In this document: piece after piece, positions 26,339 to 38,355 of the stretch
How the letters are laid out: every line of letters starts with the position of its first letter
Numbering within the stretch: position 1 is the stretch's first letter
From: a bacterium
GTDB taxonomy: Bacteria; Krumholzibacteriota; Krumholzibacteriia; G020349025
Assembly: GCA_031362565.1 (NCBI GenBank)
Contig: JANLSU010000014.1
Span: 1 to 64,000, forward strand
Length of the DNA: 64,000 nucleotides
Direction: 5' to 3'
Notes under the pieces: generated by a model
Databases searched by the model: none
The model's input: the letters and a program-made list of their open reading frames with translations, nothing else
Told to the model about the DNA's origin: nothing
Program-made: the position numbers and the translations under genes

Positions 26339-27612
26339 AAACCGACGTCTACATTCTCGTCGGCGGCCAGGGCAGCCGGCTCTCGGTGCTCTCGGAGCAC
26401 CGCGCCAAACCGGCGGTGCCGTTCGCCGGCAAGTACCGCATCATCGATTTCACGCTCACCAATTGCGTCTATTCCGATCTCTTTCGCATCTACCTTTTGA
26501 CCCAATACCGGCCGCGCTCTTTGATGGAGCATGTCGGTGTCGGCAAGCCGTGGGACTTGGATCGCAAGTGGGGCGGGGTGCAGTTCCTGCATCCGTATCT
26601 CGGCTTCCGTGGTTCGAGCTGGTACGGCGGTACGGCCGATGCGCTGGTCCAAAACATGAATGTCTTGCGCGATTCCGACGCCGATGAAGTGGTCATCCTC
26701 TCCGGCGACCATGTCTACAAGATGAACTACGCGCTGCTGTTGGAATCGCACCGCGATCAGAAAGCCGATGGCACCGTCGGCGTCATCGAAGTGCCCATGG
26801 ACCAGACGCGCCACTTCGGGATTCTGCGCACCGACGATTCGGGCCGCATCGTCGAGTTCGAAGAGAAGCCCGAGAATGCGACGAGCAACCTCGCGTCCAT
26901 GGGCGTCTACGTTTTCCGGCGCCAAGCACTCATCGACGTTCTCGAGCGTCTCAAGCCCGACCACCCGAATCTCGATTTCGGCAAACACGTCATCCCGAGC
27001 ATGATCGCTTCGGGCCGCGTCGCGAGCTATCGCTACGCGGGCTATTGGCTGGATATCGGCACCGTGCAGAGTTATTTCGCCGCCAGCATGGATCTGGTGA
27101 GAGATGACCCGCCGCTCAATCTCTTCGATCCGGACTGGCACATCTTGACGCGCGAACACAACCGCCCGCCGACCTGCATCGAGGCCGGCGCCGACGTACG
27201 CCGCTCGTTCATCACCGACGGCTGCCAGATCGCCGGGCGGGTGGAAGGCTCGGTCCTCGGCCCGGGCGTCATTGTCGAGCCAGGGGCGTTCGTCAAAGAC
27301 TGCGTGCTGCTGGATGACTGCCTGGTGCGTCGCGACGCGGTGCTCGAGCGCTGCATTCTCGACAAGCGCGTCCGGGTGGGGGCGTCGGCGACGATCGGCA
27401 TCGCCGGCGACAACCGTCCGAACGAAGAGCAACCGGACGTGCTGTCACATGGCATTACGATCGTCGGGCAAGGCACCCGCATTCCGGCCCATCAGCAAAT
27501 CGGGACCAACTGCCTGGTCGGCATGATGGTCGGGCCGGAAGAGTTCGCGCAGCGCGTCGTGCCGGACGGCACCGCTCTCCGCAGCGTGCACGCCGAGCAC
27601 ACCGTTCGCTGA
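26335..27612 (+). CDS. glgC: Glucose-1-phosphate adenylyltransferase
   Basis: GGQGSRL...[54 protein letters not shown]. Confidence 0.93.
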   Translation: MKTDVYILVGGQGSRLSVLSEHRAKPAVPFAGKYRIIDFTLTNCVYSDLFRIYLLTQYRPRSLMEHVGVGKPWDLDRKWGGVQFLHPYLGFRGSSWYGGTADALVQNMNVLRDSDADEVVILSGDHVYKMNYALLLESHRDQKADGTVGVIEVPMDQTRHFGILRTDDSGRIVEFEEKPENATSNLASMGVYVFRRQALIDVLERLKPDHPNLDFGKHVIPSMIASGRVASYRYAGYWLDIGTVQSYFAASMDLVRDDPPLNLFDPDWHILTREHNRPPTCIEAGADVRRSFITDGCQIAGRVEGSVLGPGVIVEPGAFVKDCVLLDDCLVRRDAVLERCILDKRVRVGASATIGIAGDNRPNEEQPDVLSHGITIVGQGTRIPAHQQIGTNCLVGMMVGPEEFAQRVVPDGTALRSVHAEHTVR

Positions 27613-27627
27613 TCCCAACGGCTCCCG

Positions 27628-27669
27628 AAAGCAACGCGGCCCCGGTCCTGCGACCGGGGCCACGCTTTG
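27628..27669. terminator. Bidirectional hairpin between convergent glgC and mltD
   Basis: AAAGC..GGCCCCGGTC-CTGC-GACCGGGGCC..GCTTT. Confidence 0.65.
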
Positions 27670-27687
27670 AATCCGTTGCGGCGGGGC

Positions 27688-29415
27688 TCAGTCCGCGCTG
27701 CCGCGGATGGTGATCCGCAGCCGCTCGCCGACGTGGACGTGTGACGAGCGTTTGCGGTTCCACTTCATGATCTGGCTCACCGATACGCCGTGCTTGCGGC
27801 TGATCGATGACAGCGTGTCGCCGCGCCGCACGACGTAGGACTTGCCGCGCGTCGTGCCGCCGGCGCCGCCGGAGGCCGCGACCGCCTTCGCCGCTTCAGC
27901 GATGTACTGGGCGACCCGCGGCCCGGGTTCCTCGGCGCTGATCACCGGGATAATAAGGTACGAGCCCGGCCGGAGGCCCGACTTGGGCTTCAGTTTGTTG
28001 GCGTCACGAATCGCCTGTACGGGCGTGGTGTACTGCTTGGCGAGGCTGGCCAGGGTCTCGCCGCGGCTGACCCGGTGGCGGCGCCACGTCACCCGGTCGG
28101 CAGCCGGAATCTGCGTCAATTTTTCGACGGCCTTCGGACCCTTGCCGGTCGGCACGCGCACTTCGTAGTGCTCGCCTGGAGGCGTGCACCAGCGTTTGAC
28201 GTGCGGATTCAGCTCGAGCACGGCTTCCAGCGGGCACTCGGCAACCTCGGCGATGAGGCGCAGATCGGTAGCATCGTCCACCGGCACGACGTCGTACGAG
28301 AACTTGTCGCCGCTCGGGGTGTCGAAGTGATATTTCTTCGGGTCCTTGCCGATGTACAACGCCGCCATGAACTTCGGCACGTAGTTGCGCGTCTGGCTGG
28401 GGAGGCTCGTCAGCTTCCAGAAGTCGCGCGTCCGGTGCTTGGCGATGGCGCGCTCGACGCGGCCGGCGCCGCAGTTGTACGCCGCCAACGCCAGCGGCCA
28501 CGAATGGAACTGCTCGTAGAGATCCGAGAGGTGGCTCGCGGCAGCCCGGGTTGCCTTTTCCAGATTGCGCCGGTCGTCCACCCACCAGTCGATGCGCAAG
28601 TCGTACAGCTTGCCGGTGCCGGCGATGAACTGCCACGGCCCGACCGCGTTGGCGTACGAATGGGCCTGCATCGACAAACCGCTTTCGATCATGGCGAGAA
28701 ACACGAGATCGCGCGGCACTTTGTACTCGTCGAGCACGGCATTGATGATTTCCTGATAACGCGGCAGGCGGGTCAGCCACAGTTCCATATAGTGGCGGCC
28801 GTCACCGCTGAAAAAGTTGACCCAGCGGTCGGTGAGCGGATTCGCGACCAACGCCAGGTCGTAGCGCGGCGACGCGGGGCGCGGCCCCACCGGGCGTTCG
28901 ATCAACGTCGCGAGCGCCGTACTGTCCACGACGCCTTCCGGACTCACGACGCTCAGACTGTCGACCTTGGCGAGGTATTTCTGCAGCGTCCGCTCTTCGG
29001 TGACCAAGTCCTTGAGCTTGTCGAGCCGCGCGCCCAGGCTCTGGTAGTAGATGCTGGCGAGCGGATTTTCATCGCTATCGATGTCGGTGAGCGCTGAATC
29101 GAGCAGCGCGCTGCGCTGTTCGGCCAAGTCCAGATCCTCGTTCCATACCGCTTGCAGCGCCTCGCGATACCAGGTTTCGAGCTGGGCGATCTCGGGGAAG
29201 ACCTTGTCGAGTCCGGAATAATCGGGCTCCCGGGCCTCCTCGAGGCTGTCCACGCCGGCGACGGAAGCTGTCGCCACCTGTCCCGGCGGCGCACTCTCCG
29301 GACGATCCACCACCCGGTTCGCCGGGCCACACGCCGACGCCAAGAGGGCGACGCCGCCCATCACGAGCCCGAAACCACACCACGCCGACCGCCCCAGGGA
29401 ACTCGTGGACTGCAT
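27688..29415 (-). CDS. mltD: MltD-like lytic murein transglycosylase lipoprotein with LysM domains
   Basis: SD AAGGAG, lipobox-like ASAC, LAMIESG, AVGPWQF, LALAAYNCG, TRNYVPK, LysM repeats (HRVSRGETL, YVVRRGDTLSSIS). Confidence 0.9.
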   Translation of the reverse strand: MQSTSSLGRSAWCGFGLVMGGVALLASACGPANRVVDRPESAPPGQVATASVAGVDSLEEAREPDYSGLDKVFPEIAQLETWYREALQAVWNEDLDLAEQRSALLDSALTDIDSDENPLASIYYQSLGARLDKLKDLVTEERTLQKYLAKVDSLSVVSPEGVVDSTALATLIERPVGPRPASPRYDLALVANPLTDRWVNFFSGDGRHYMELWLTRLPRYQEIINAVLDEYKVPRDLVFLAMIESGLSMQAHSYANAVGPWQFIAGTGKLYDLRIDWWVDDRRNLEKATRAAASHLSDLYEQFHSWPLALAAYNCGAGRVERAIAKHRTRDFWKLTSLPSQTRNYVPKFMAALYIGKDPKKYHFDTPSGDKFSYDVVPVDDATDLRLIAEVAECPLEAVLELNPHVKRWCTPPGEHYEVRVPTGKGPKAVEKLTQIPAADRVTWRRHRVSRGETLASLAKQYTTPVQAIRDANKLKPKSGLRPGSYLIIPVISAEEPGPRVAQYIAEAAKAVAASGGAGGTTRGKSYVVRRGDTLSSISRKHGVSVSQIMKWNRKRSSHVHVGERLRITIRGSAD

Positions 29416-29451
29416 GCGCACTCCTTGGCAAGCTTCTTGTCTTGTCTGGAA

Positions 29452-29480
29452 TTGGCGTCCCCGCGACGGGGTGCTACAAT
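29452..29480 (+). promoter_or_regulatory. Candidate sigma70 promoter for the GGDEF gene
   Basis: TTGGCG-17 bp-TACAAT with TG extension. Confidence 0.5.
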
Positions 29481-29562
29481 CGACCTCGGAACGAGGTGCT
29501 CCCGGTACTGCATCCACGTCCAAGGCCCCCTCCGTTAGCGTCGCACTTGAACTGGGGAGAGC

Positions 29563-31092
29563 ATGGTCGCCCGTACGAACGCCGAGGGTCACGACACGCG
29601 CAGCTACGCGTTTTTCATCGAGCGCCTGCTCCCGACGCATCGACTGACCACGGCCCGGCGCCAGACCTTGCAAACCGCCCTTGCGACCGACGATCCGCAA
29701 GCGATGTACGCGGCTTCGGTGGCCGCGCTCGCGGATCTGCAGGCCGAAGGCCTCTTCGAGGAGCTGCCGCCACCGCGCGCGAGCGCCCGGGTCTTCCGGC
29801 ATCGCGGCCGGGGAGACTGGCTCCTGCTGGAAACGCCTCGCGGTCGAGCGCTGCAAGCTTCGCGCCCGAACGGCCTTGGCGCGACTCCGAGTCTAGAGGA
29901 ACGCCCACCGCGCCCCCAAGCAAGAGTTGTGATCCCAGACGAATTTTCGGACCGCGAGCGGCCGGCGCCGGAACCCTCTGGAGCGACCGATTCCCAGGCG
30001 GTGGAGCCGCGGATCGACGCCGGTTCCTTCGCCGCGGACTTCCCGTCGGCCTGGCCCGGCGAAGCGGCCGATGCCGCGCCCACGGCGGTCCGGGCCTCTG
30101 CCGCGGCGGGGCTCGAGGCGCCCATTCGAGTTGCCGAAGCCTGGCCACATCTGGAACCCTTTCTCGACCTTGCCAGCATCGAGCCGCAGCTCGAACCGTT
30201 CGGAGACCGGCTGCGACGGATCGTCACGCAACTCGAGGCGGCGCTCCCCGGCGCCACCGCCCGGCTCCTGGTGCTGGACCCCGAGAGTGCCGAAGGGCTC
30301 GGCGACGGCGCCGTGCACATGCTCGACCGGGCGGCCGCCGAAGACGTGCCGCACTATCGTGAAGCGCTCCGCAAGGGCGAGACGCAGTTTGCGACCTCGG
30401 CCCCCGTTGGGGCCGACCCCGCGAGCGGCCGCATCGCGGCGGCGGTGCCGCTCTACGTGTCCAGCACGCCGTGGGGCCTGTTGCGCATCACCTGGGACCA
30501 GGGTTGTGTGGCTTCGGTTCCCGAACTCGCCCGTATTCTCACGCCGCTCGCGCGTCTCGTTGCGGTGGCGATTCAGAACCAGACGATGCTCGAGAAGCTG
30601 GTCTTCGTCGACCCGCTGACGGGGGTGTACAACCGCGCCTTCTACGACCGCCAAGTCACGCTCGAAATCGAACGCGCCAACCGCACCAACCAGAAGCTCG
30701 GATTGCTCGTCATGGACATCGATGACTTCAAGGCCATCAACGATCAGTTCGGCCACCGCGCCGGCGATCAGGTGTTGGCACAGGTCGCGCGTGAAGTGCG
30801 GGCGCGGATGCGCAAGATCGATCTCATGTTTCGCTACGGCGGCGAGGAATTCGTGCTGCTGCTTCCGGGCGCCGATTTGGAGGAAGCGCAGCGCACCGCG
30901 GAGCGCTTGCGCCTCGTGGTGGGGGAACAGCGCGTGCTGCCGGACGGCGTCGCGACACCACTTCGGGTCACGGTCAGTGTCGGTGGCGCCGTTTATCCGG
31001 ATCAGTCACGCACCAAGACCGGTTTGTTCAACGCCGCCGACAGTGCTTTGTACCGCGCCAAGAACGACGGGAAGAACCGCGTCGCGTTCTAG
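29563..31092 (+). CDS. GAF-GGDEF diguanylate cyclase
   Basis: DPLTGVYNR, DIDDFKAIND.FGH..GD, RKID I-site, RYGGEEF, ADSALYRAK. Confidence 0.94.
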   Translation: MVARTNAEGHDTRSYAFFIERLLPTHRLTTARRQTLQTALATDDPQAMYAASVAALADLQAEGLFEELPPPRASARVFRHRGRGDWLLLETPRGRALQASRPNGLGATPSLEERPPRPQARVVIPDEFSDRERPAPEPSGATDSQAVEPRIDAGSFAADFPSAWPGEAADAAPTAVRASAAAGLEAPIRVAEAWPHLEPFLDLASIEPQLEPFGDRLRRIVTQLEAALPGATARLLVLDPESAEGLGDGAVHMLDRAAAEDVPHYREALRKGETQFATSAPVGADPASGRIAAAVPLYVSSTPWGLLRITWDQGCVASVPELARILTPLARLVAVAIQNQTMLEKLVFVDPLTGVYNRAFYDRQVTLEIERANRTNQKLGLLVMDIDDFKAINDQFGHRAGDQVLAQVAREVRARMRKIDLMFRYGGEEFVLLLPGADLEEAQRTAERLRLVVGEQRVLPDGVATPLRVTVSVGGAVYPDQSRTKTGLFNAADSALYRAKNDGKNRVAF

Positions 31093-31119
31093 GGCTGCCC
31101 TGCGAACTCCCCGAGTGCA

Positions 31120-33477
31120 GTGTTTTTTCGCCTCGCCATCGCGTATGCGGCCGGATTGCTGATGCCGCCGTTTGCGGCGGTCGCCGGCATCGCGGCGGCG
31201 CTCGCAGAGCGCCGACGGCCCTATGTCCAATCCGGACTCGCGGTCGCGGTGGCGGGCGCGGCGCTGCTCGGGCACTTCGACCGGCGGCGCACACCGCCAT
31301 CGCTCGCCAACCCACAACCGGTCGCCGCGGCCGGTTTCATCGCCTCGGCACCGACTGTCACGCCCCGCGGCACCGGCGCGTGGCTTGAAATCGAAGCGTT
31401 GCGTGGTGTCCCAATCCCCGCCGCTTGGCGCGGCGCCCGCGTCTGGTGCAGCGCGCGGCAAACCCTGCCCGCCTACGGTTCCCGCGTCTGCATTGCTGGC
31501 ACGCTGCAACCACCCGGCACGCGGCGCAACTTCGGCACGCCGGATCCCGGCGCGCTGTTGCGCGCGCAAGGTGGCGCCGGGCGCCTCGAGGTACGCGCGC
31601 TGCAACCGCGGCGTGGCGAACGCGGACCGGCGTGGCGCCGGGCGCTTCTCGAACCGTTGCGCGTGCGCCTCGGTGCGGCGCTCTACGGCGCCCTCGCGCC
31701 GCGCGAAGCGGGCCTCTTGGCGGCGCTCGTCTTGGGACGGCGGGACGGCGTCGATCCGGCGCTCGACCGCAGTTGGTCGGCGCTGGGCCTGTCGCACGTG
31801 CTGTCGATCAGCGGCATGCACATCGCGCTTTTGGGTGGGGCGCTCATCGCGGTGTTCGGATCCCCAAGCCGCAAGCGCGGCCTCGTGGGTCTCTTGGCGG
31901 GCGTGTGGCTCTACACGGCAGTCGGTGGCTTCGGCCCGACCGTGTTGCGCGCTGCACTCATGGCCACATGGGCGGCGGTGGCAATGTATCTCGGGCGGGC
32001 GCGGGCGCCGCTCGCGGCGCTCGGCATCGCTGCATTGGTGCTCGTCGTGCAAGCGCCCGAGCGCCGGCTCGATTTGGGACTGCAACTGTCTTGCGCATCG
32101 ACCGGGGGATTGTTGGCCTGTGCACCGGCGCTCGCGGCCGTGGCCGAGCGTTTGGCAACGCGCGGCTGGAGGGGACGCATGACCGGCTGGGCGGTCGCGA
32201 CCGCCGGACTCGCTTGTGCAGCGCAACTGGCAACGCTGCCGCTGACGCTCGCCGCATTCGGCACCGTGCCGTGGGTGGCGCCTCTCGCCAACGCCATTCT
32301 GGTCCCCGGTACCGACATCGCGCTGGCATTGGCACTCGTCGGCGCGCCGCTCGCACTCGGTTGCGAAACGCTGGGACGGCCTCTGTTGCTCGTCGCGGGT
32401 GCGATTCTGCACGTCCTCGGATGGATTTCGATTGCCGTCAGCTCGCGCTTCGAAACCCGCTGGTTCCTGCCGGTCGAGTCCCTGACCCTTGTTGCCGCGA
32501 CGGCGCTTGCGGCCGGCGTGGTGACGCTGGGGCTTGCGGCCCGCGGCGGCCGGCGGCGCTTGGCCCGATTGGCGTGCGGTTCGGGGCTGGTGGCGATCGT
32601 CACGCTCGGCGGGCGCACGTTGGCGCCCGCGACGCCCGGCTGGCAAGTGGAAGCACTGGATGTCGGACAAGGGGATGCGACGGTCCTACGCGTCGGTGCG
32701 GCGGCGTGGCTTGTCGACACCGGCGATGCCGCGCCCACCGACAATGGCGTCCGCGTCGTGGTGCCGCACTTGCGGCGCGCCGGAGTCCGGCGCTTGCGCG
32801 GCTTGGTGCTTTCGCATCCGCACCGCGATCACTGCGGTGGTGCGGGCGCCGTGCTCGCGGCCCTCGCCGTCGACACCGTCTATGTGGCTCGCGCGTCGTT
32901 TGCAGACACCCTGTACGCGGCGCTGCGGGCCCGTTTCCCGCACGTGCCATGGCGCGGCCTGGCGCGCGGCGCGACGTTGCAACTGGGATGCGACTATGCG
33001 GCGCGGGTCGTCTGGCCCGAATCGACGGACGTCCTGCAGCGTGGTCCCAACGAATGTTCGCTGGTGCTCGCGGCGGCAGGCGGCCATCACCCGGATCTGT
33101 GGCTGTGCGGCGATCTCGAGCACGAAGGCGAAGCGCACATTCGCAACGACTCCCTCGCTTGGCATGCGGGTCACCCGTTCACCATCTTGAAGGCCGGCCA
33201 TCATGGCAGCGACACGAGTTCGACGGAGGTTTTTCTCGACGCGTTGCAACCCGATCTCGCCCTCGTCAGCGTCGGTGCCATGAACCGCTATGGCCATCCG
33301 GGCCGCCGGACGCTCGCCTCACTCGCAGCGCACGGTTGCACGATCGTCCGCACCGACCGCGGTGGCGCGGTGCGTGTCGTCGAACGCGGGGCTACCTTGT
33401 GGATCGAGCGTCCGGCGGCGCGCGCTCGGCCACTGGGTGAGCCGGTTGACGTCGCCCGCGACGCGCGCCTAGAATGA
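31120..33477 (+). CDS. comEC: DNA internalization competence protein ComEC/Rec2
   Basis: GLSHVLSISGMHI, LDVGQGDA, SHPHRDHCGG, KAGHHGS, NRYGHP, RTD..GAV. Confidence 0.93.
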   Translation: MFFRLAIAYAAGLLMPPFAAVAGIAAALAERRRPYVQSGLAVAVAGAALLGHFDRRRTPPSLANPQPVAAAGFIASAPTVTPRGTGAWLEIEALRGVPIPAAWRGARVWCSARQTLPAYGSRVCIAGTLQPPGTRRNFGTPDPGALLRAQGGAGRLEVRALQPRRGERGPAWRRALLEPLRVRLGAALYGALAPREAGLLAALVLGRRDGVDPALDRSWSALGLSHVLSISGMHIALLGGALIAVFGSPSRKRGLVGLLAGVWLYTAVGGFGPTVLRAALMATWAAVAMYLGRARAPLAALGIAALVLVVQAPERRLDLGLQLSCASTGGLLACAPALAAVAERLATRGWRGRMTGWAVATAGLACAAQLATLPLTLAAFGTVPWVAPLANAILVPGTDIALALALVGAPLALGCETLGRPLLLVAGAILHVLGWISIAVSSRFETRWFLPVESLTLVAATALAAGVVTLGLAARGGRRRLARLACGSGLVAIVTLGGRTLAPATPGWQVEALDVGQGDATVLRVGAAAWLVDTGDAAPTDNGVRVVVPHLRRAGVRRLRGLVLSHPHRDHCGGAGAVLAALAVDTVYVARASFADTLYAALRARFPHVPWRGLARGATLQLGCDYAARVVWPESTDVLQRGPNECSLVLAAAGGHHPDLWLCGDLEHEGEAHIRNDSLAWHAGHPFTILKAGHHGSDTSSTEVFLDALQPDLALVSVGAMNRYGHPGRRTLASLAAHGCTIVRTDRGGAVRVVERGATLWIERPAARARPLGEPVDVARDARLE
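33446..33475 (+). promoter_or_regulatory. Candidate sigma70 promoter of the pur/gua operon
   Basis: TTGACG-18 bp-TAGAAT at the end of comEC. Confidence 0.5.
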
Positions 33478-33549
33478 CGCGCTTCGCCGGCGCTTGCGGC
33501 CATCGAGCGGCAACCACCACGATCTATTCCTTGGGCATGAGGAGACGGC

Positions 33550-34203
33550 GTGAACGCGGATGTACGCGTGGGGGTTCTCGCTTCCGGCCGCGGTTCGAAT
33601 TTCGCGGCACTTCTGGCGGCGGCGTCGCAGGGGACCCTCGGCGCCCGCATCGTTTGTTTGATCACCGACAACCCGAATGCTGCCGCCATCGCCGTCGCCG
33701 ATGCGGCGGGCGTACCGGTCGTCGTGGTCGAGCCTGGTGCCGGCCGCGGCAAGCTGGCGGCTTTTGCCGAGCAACGCATGGTCGAGGTGTTGCGCGGCTA
33801 CGGCGTCCAACTCGTCTGCTTGGCGGGCTTCATGCGCATCGTCGGCCCGGTCCTGCTCGCGGCGTTTCCGGCCGCGATCCTCAACGTGCACCCGTCATTG
33901 CTCCCGAGTTTCCCGGGGCTCGATGCCCAGCGCCAAGCCTTCGAGCACGGCGTGCAAGTGACCGGCTGCACGGTGCACTTCGTCGATGCCGGGATCGACT
34001 CGGGGCCGATCGTGATGCAGCGGCCGGTGCAGGTGCACGACGAGGACACGGCGGAATCGCTCGCCGCGCGGATTCTGGCCGAAGAACATCGCGCTTTCCC
34101 GGCGGCGGTGCGTCTTTGGGCTGAAGGCCGCTTGCATCTGCACGGACGGCGCGTCGCACATCTCGATGCCGCAACATTTTCTCGACATCACGGGGAGGCG
34201 TGA
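33550..34203 (+). CDS. purN: Phosphoribosylglycinamide formyltransferase
   Basis: SGRGSNF, LAGFMRI, NVHPSLLPSFPG, GCTVHFVD.GIDSGPI. Confidence 0.97.
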   Translation: MNADVRVGVLASGRGSNFAALLAAASQGTLGARIVCLITDNPNAAAIAVADAAGVPVVVVEPGAGRGKLAAFAEQRMVEVLRGYGVQLVCLAGFMRIVGPVLLAAFPAAILNVHPSLLPSFPGLDAQRQAFEHGVQVTGCTVHFVDAGIDSGPIVMQRPVQVHDEDTAESLAARILAEEHRAFPAAVRLWAEGRLHLHGRRVAHLDAATFSRHHGEA

Positions 34204-34204
34204 C

Positions 34205-35095
34205 GTGATTGCCCTCGGCAGCACCCGCGACTTAGGTTTGGAGCCGACTCGCGCCGGCAAGGTGCGCGATCTGTTCGATCTCGGCGACCGCTTGCTGCTC
34301 GTCGCCACCGATCGCATCTCGGCGTACGACGTCGTCTTCGACGATCTCATTCCCGGCAAGGGCGCCATGCTGACACGCATGAGCCTGGAGTGGTTCCGGC
34401 TGCTGGAGGATGTCGTCGCCAACCATCTCATCACGGCCGACGTGCGCGAGTTCCCGGCACCGTTTTGCGATCAGCCGGCACTCGCCGGCCGCAGCATGCT
34501 GGTGCACAAAGCCCGCCGTGTCGACGCCGAGTGCATCGTGCGCGGCTACATTACAGGCAGCGGCTGGAAGGATTATCGTTCGACGGGCAAGGTGTGCGGC
34601 CACGAACTCCCGGCCGGATTGCGGGAGTCGGAACGGCTCGCGCGGCCGCTCTTCACGCCCTCCACCAAGGCCGATGCCGGGCACGACGAGAACATCTCAC
34701 GCGCCGAATTGGCGCGTACCGTCGGCGCCGATGTCGCAGCAGAAGTCGAGCGCCTGTCACTCGCCGTCTACGAACGCGCCGCGGACCACGCGCGCGAGCG
34801 CGGCATTCTTCTTGCCGACACCAAGTTCGAATTCGGTTTCCACGGCAGCGAACTCATTTTGATCGATGAAGTACTGACCCCCGACTCGTCGCGTTTCTGG
34901 CCCGCCGATACCTACCGGGTGGGGGAGACCCAACAGAGCTTCGACAAACAGTATTTGCGCGATTGGCTCGATGCGAGCGGTTGGGATCACAATCCGCCGG
35001 CACCGCGTCTGCCGGCCGACATCGTGCAACGCACCGCAGGGCGTTACTCGGAGGCGCTCGAGCGCTTGTTTCCGGAAGCGCGGGCCGGCGCATGA
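34205..35095 (+). CDS. purC: SAICAR synthase
   Basis: GKVRDLF, ATDRISAYD, ECIVRGY, ADTKFEFG, DEVLTPDSSRFW, SFDKQYLRDWL. Confidence 0.97.
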   Translation: MIALGSTRDLGLEPTRAGKVRDLFDLGDRLLLVATDRISAYDVVFDDLIPGKGAMLTRMSLEWFRLLEDVVANHLITADVREFPAPFCDQPALAGRSMLVHKARRVDAECIVRGYITGSGWKDYRSTGKVCGHELPAGLRESERLARPLFTPSTKADAGHDENISRAELARTVGADVAAEVERLSLAVYERAADHARERGILLADTKFEFGFHGSELILIDEVLTPDSSRFWPADTYRVGETQQSFDKQYLRDWLDASGWDHNPPAPRLPADIVQRTAGRYSEALERLFPEARAGA

Positions 35096-36657
35096 GCGCG
35101 ACGAGCGCCGGCGGCGCGGGCGGCACGCTGCACCCCAAGATCGCCTTGCTGTCGGTGACCGACAAGACGGGGCTGGCGGAACTCGGCCGCGGACTGGCGG
35201 CGGCCGGTGTGCGCCTCGTCGCTTCGGGCGGCACGGCAGCGCACCTGCAGGCCGCGGGACTCGCGGTCACCGCGGTCGAGAGCTTGACCGATTTCCCGGA
35301 AATGCTCGGCGGACGCGTCAAGACACTGCATCCGGTCCTGCATGCCGGCATCCTCGCCGACCGCAGCGACGCCGCGCACCGCGCCGATCTCGAAGCGCAC
35401 GGCATCGAAGGAATCGACCTCGTGGTCGTCAACTTCTACGATTTCGCGACCGCGGTGGCGCAGGAAGATCTGCCCATCGAGGCGATCGATATCGGCGGCC
35501 CGACGCTGGCGCGCGGCGCGGCGAAGAATTTCGGCTGGGTCACGGTGCTTTCCGATCCAGCGGAGTACGCGCCGTATTTGGCGCAGTTGTCGGCCGGCGG
35601 CATCGACTTGGAGTACCGGCGCGGCGCGGCCGGTCGCACCTTCGCGCGCGTCGCGGCTTACGATGCGCAGATCGAGGCGGCATTTACGAACCACGGCACC
35701 GCCGACCGCTGGCCGGCGGTGTGGGCACCAAGGCGGCAGCGTGTGCAGCTCGACTTGCGCTATGGCGAGAATCCGCACCAAGCGGCCGCCGTCTACCGCG
35801 ACGACCCCGCCTGGGGCCTCGGCCGGCTGCAACAGATCGCCGGGCCGGAATTGTCGTTCAACAACTTGCTCGATGCCGATGCCGCCTGGGCACTCGCGGG
35901 CGATCTGGGTGATGCGCCAGCCTGTGTGCTGGTCAAACACAACAATCCGTGCGGTGTCGCGACCGGTCGCTCGGCGGCCGAGGCGTTCCGCGCCGCGCTT
36001 GCCGGCGATCCGGTTTCGGCGTTCGGGGGCATCGCGGCTTTCACCGGCCCCGTCGATGCCGCGGCGGCGGATGCAATCGGCGACTTATTCTTGGAAATTC
36101 TCTGTGCGCCGCAGGTCGAGCCGGAGGCGCGCGCCCGGCTCGCGTCCAAGAAGCGCTTGCGCATTCTCGAGATCCCCCGCGATCGCCGCCCGGCGACCGA
36201 CGAGCGGCTATTGCGCGGCCTGTACCTCGTCCAAGAACCGGATCAGGGTTTCGAAGAACTGGCGCATGCGGAAGTGGTTTCGCGCCGGGCGCCGAGCGCC
36301 GCCGAACGCGCCGGGCTCGACTTCGTGTGGCGGATCTGCAAACACGTCAAGTCGAATGCCATCGTGATCGGGCGCGAGACGCGCACCCTTGGCATCGGCG
36401 CCGGACAAATGAGCCGCGTCGACAGTTGCGAACTCGCGGTCCGCAAGGCGCACGCTGCGGAGCACGATCTGCACGGCAGTGTCGCCGCCTCCGACGCCTT
36501 TTTCCCATTCGCGGACGGTCTGCGCGCCTTGGCCGCAGCGGGGGTCACCGCCATCGTTCAACCCGGCGGGTCGAAGCGCGACGATGAAGTCGTGGCGGCC
36601 GCCGACGAACTTGGCATTGCGATGGTCTGCACGGGGCGGCGTCACTTCCGCCACTGA
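35092..36657 (+). CDS. purH: AICAR transformylase/IMP cyclohydrolase
   Basis: [53 protein letters not shown]. Confidence 0.97.
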   Translation: MSATSAGGAGGTLHPKIALLSVTDKTGLAELGRGLAAAGVRLVASGGTAAHLQAAGLAVTAVESLTDFPEMLGGRVKTLHPVLHAGILADRSDAAHRADLEAHGIEGIDLVVVNFYDFATAVAQEDLPIEAIDIGGPTLARGAAKNFGWVTVLSDPAEYAPYLAQLSAGGIDLEYRRGAAGRTFARVAAYDAQIEAAFTNHGTADRWPAVWAPRRQRVQLDLRYGENPHQAAAVYRDDPAWGLGRLQQIAGPELSFNNLLDADAAWALAGDLGDAPACVLVKHNNPCGVATGRSAAEAFRAALAGDPVSAFGGIAAFTGPVDAAAADAIGDLFLEILCAPQVEPEARARLASKKRLRILEIPRDRRPATDERLLRGLYLVQEPDQGFEELAHAEVVSRRAPSAAERAGLDFVWRICKHVKSNAIVIGRETRTLGIGAGQMSRVDSCELAVRKAHAAEHDLHGSVAASDAFFPFADGLRALAAAGVTAIVQPGGSKRDDEVVAAADELGIAMVCTGRRHFRH

Positions 36658-36671
36658 AGAGAGAGGTTGCG

Positions 36672-38255
<1,584 letters not shown>

Positions 38256-38355
38256 GCCTCGGCAGTTGAGCGATCGAGTTCGGGCGCGTTGGGATTGACT
38301 TCCGCCAAGCGACAGTGCTTCTTGCTCTTCTGGCGCCCGGAAGGACCTCGAGGTC

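Noticed and set aside
33478..33549. Purine/ZTP riboswitch ahead of purN
   Set aside because: The leader is only about 70 nt and I could not see the conserved aptamer motifs.
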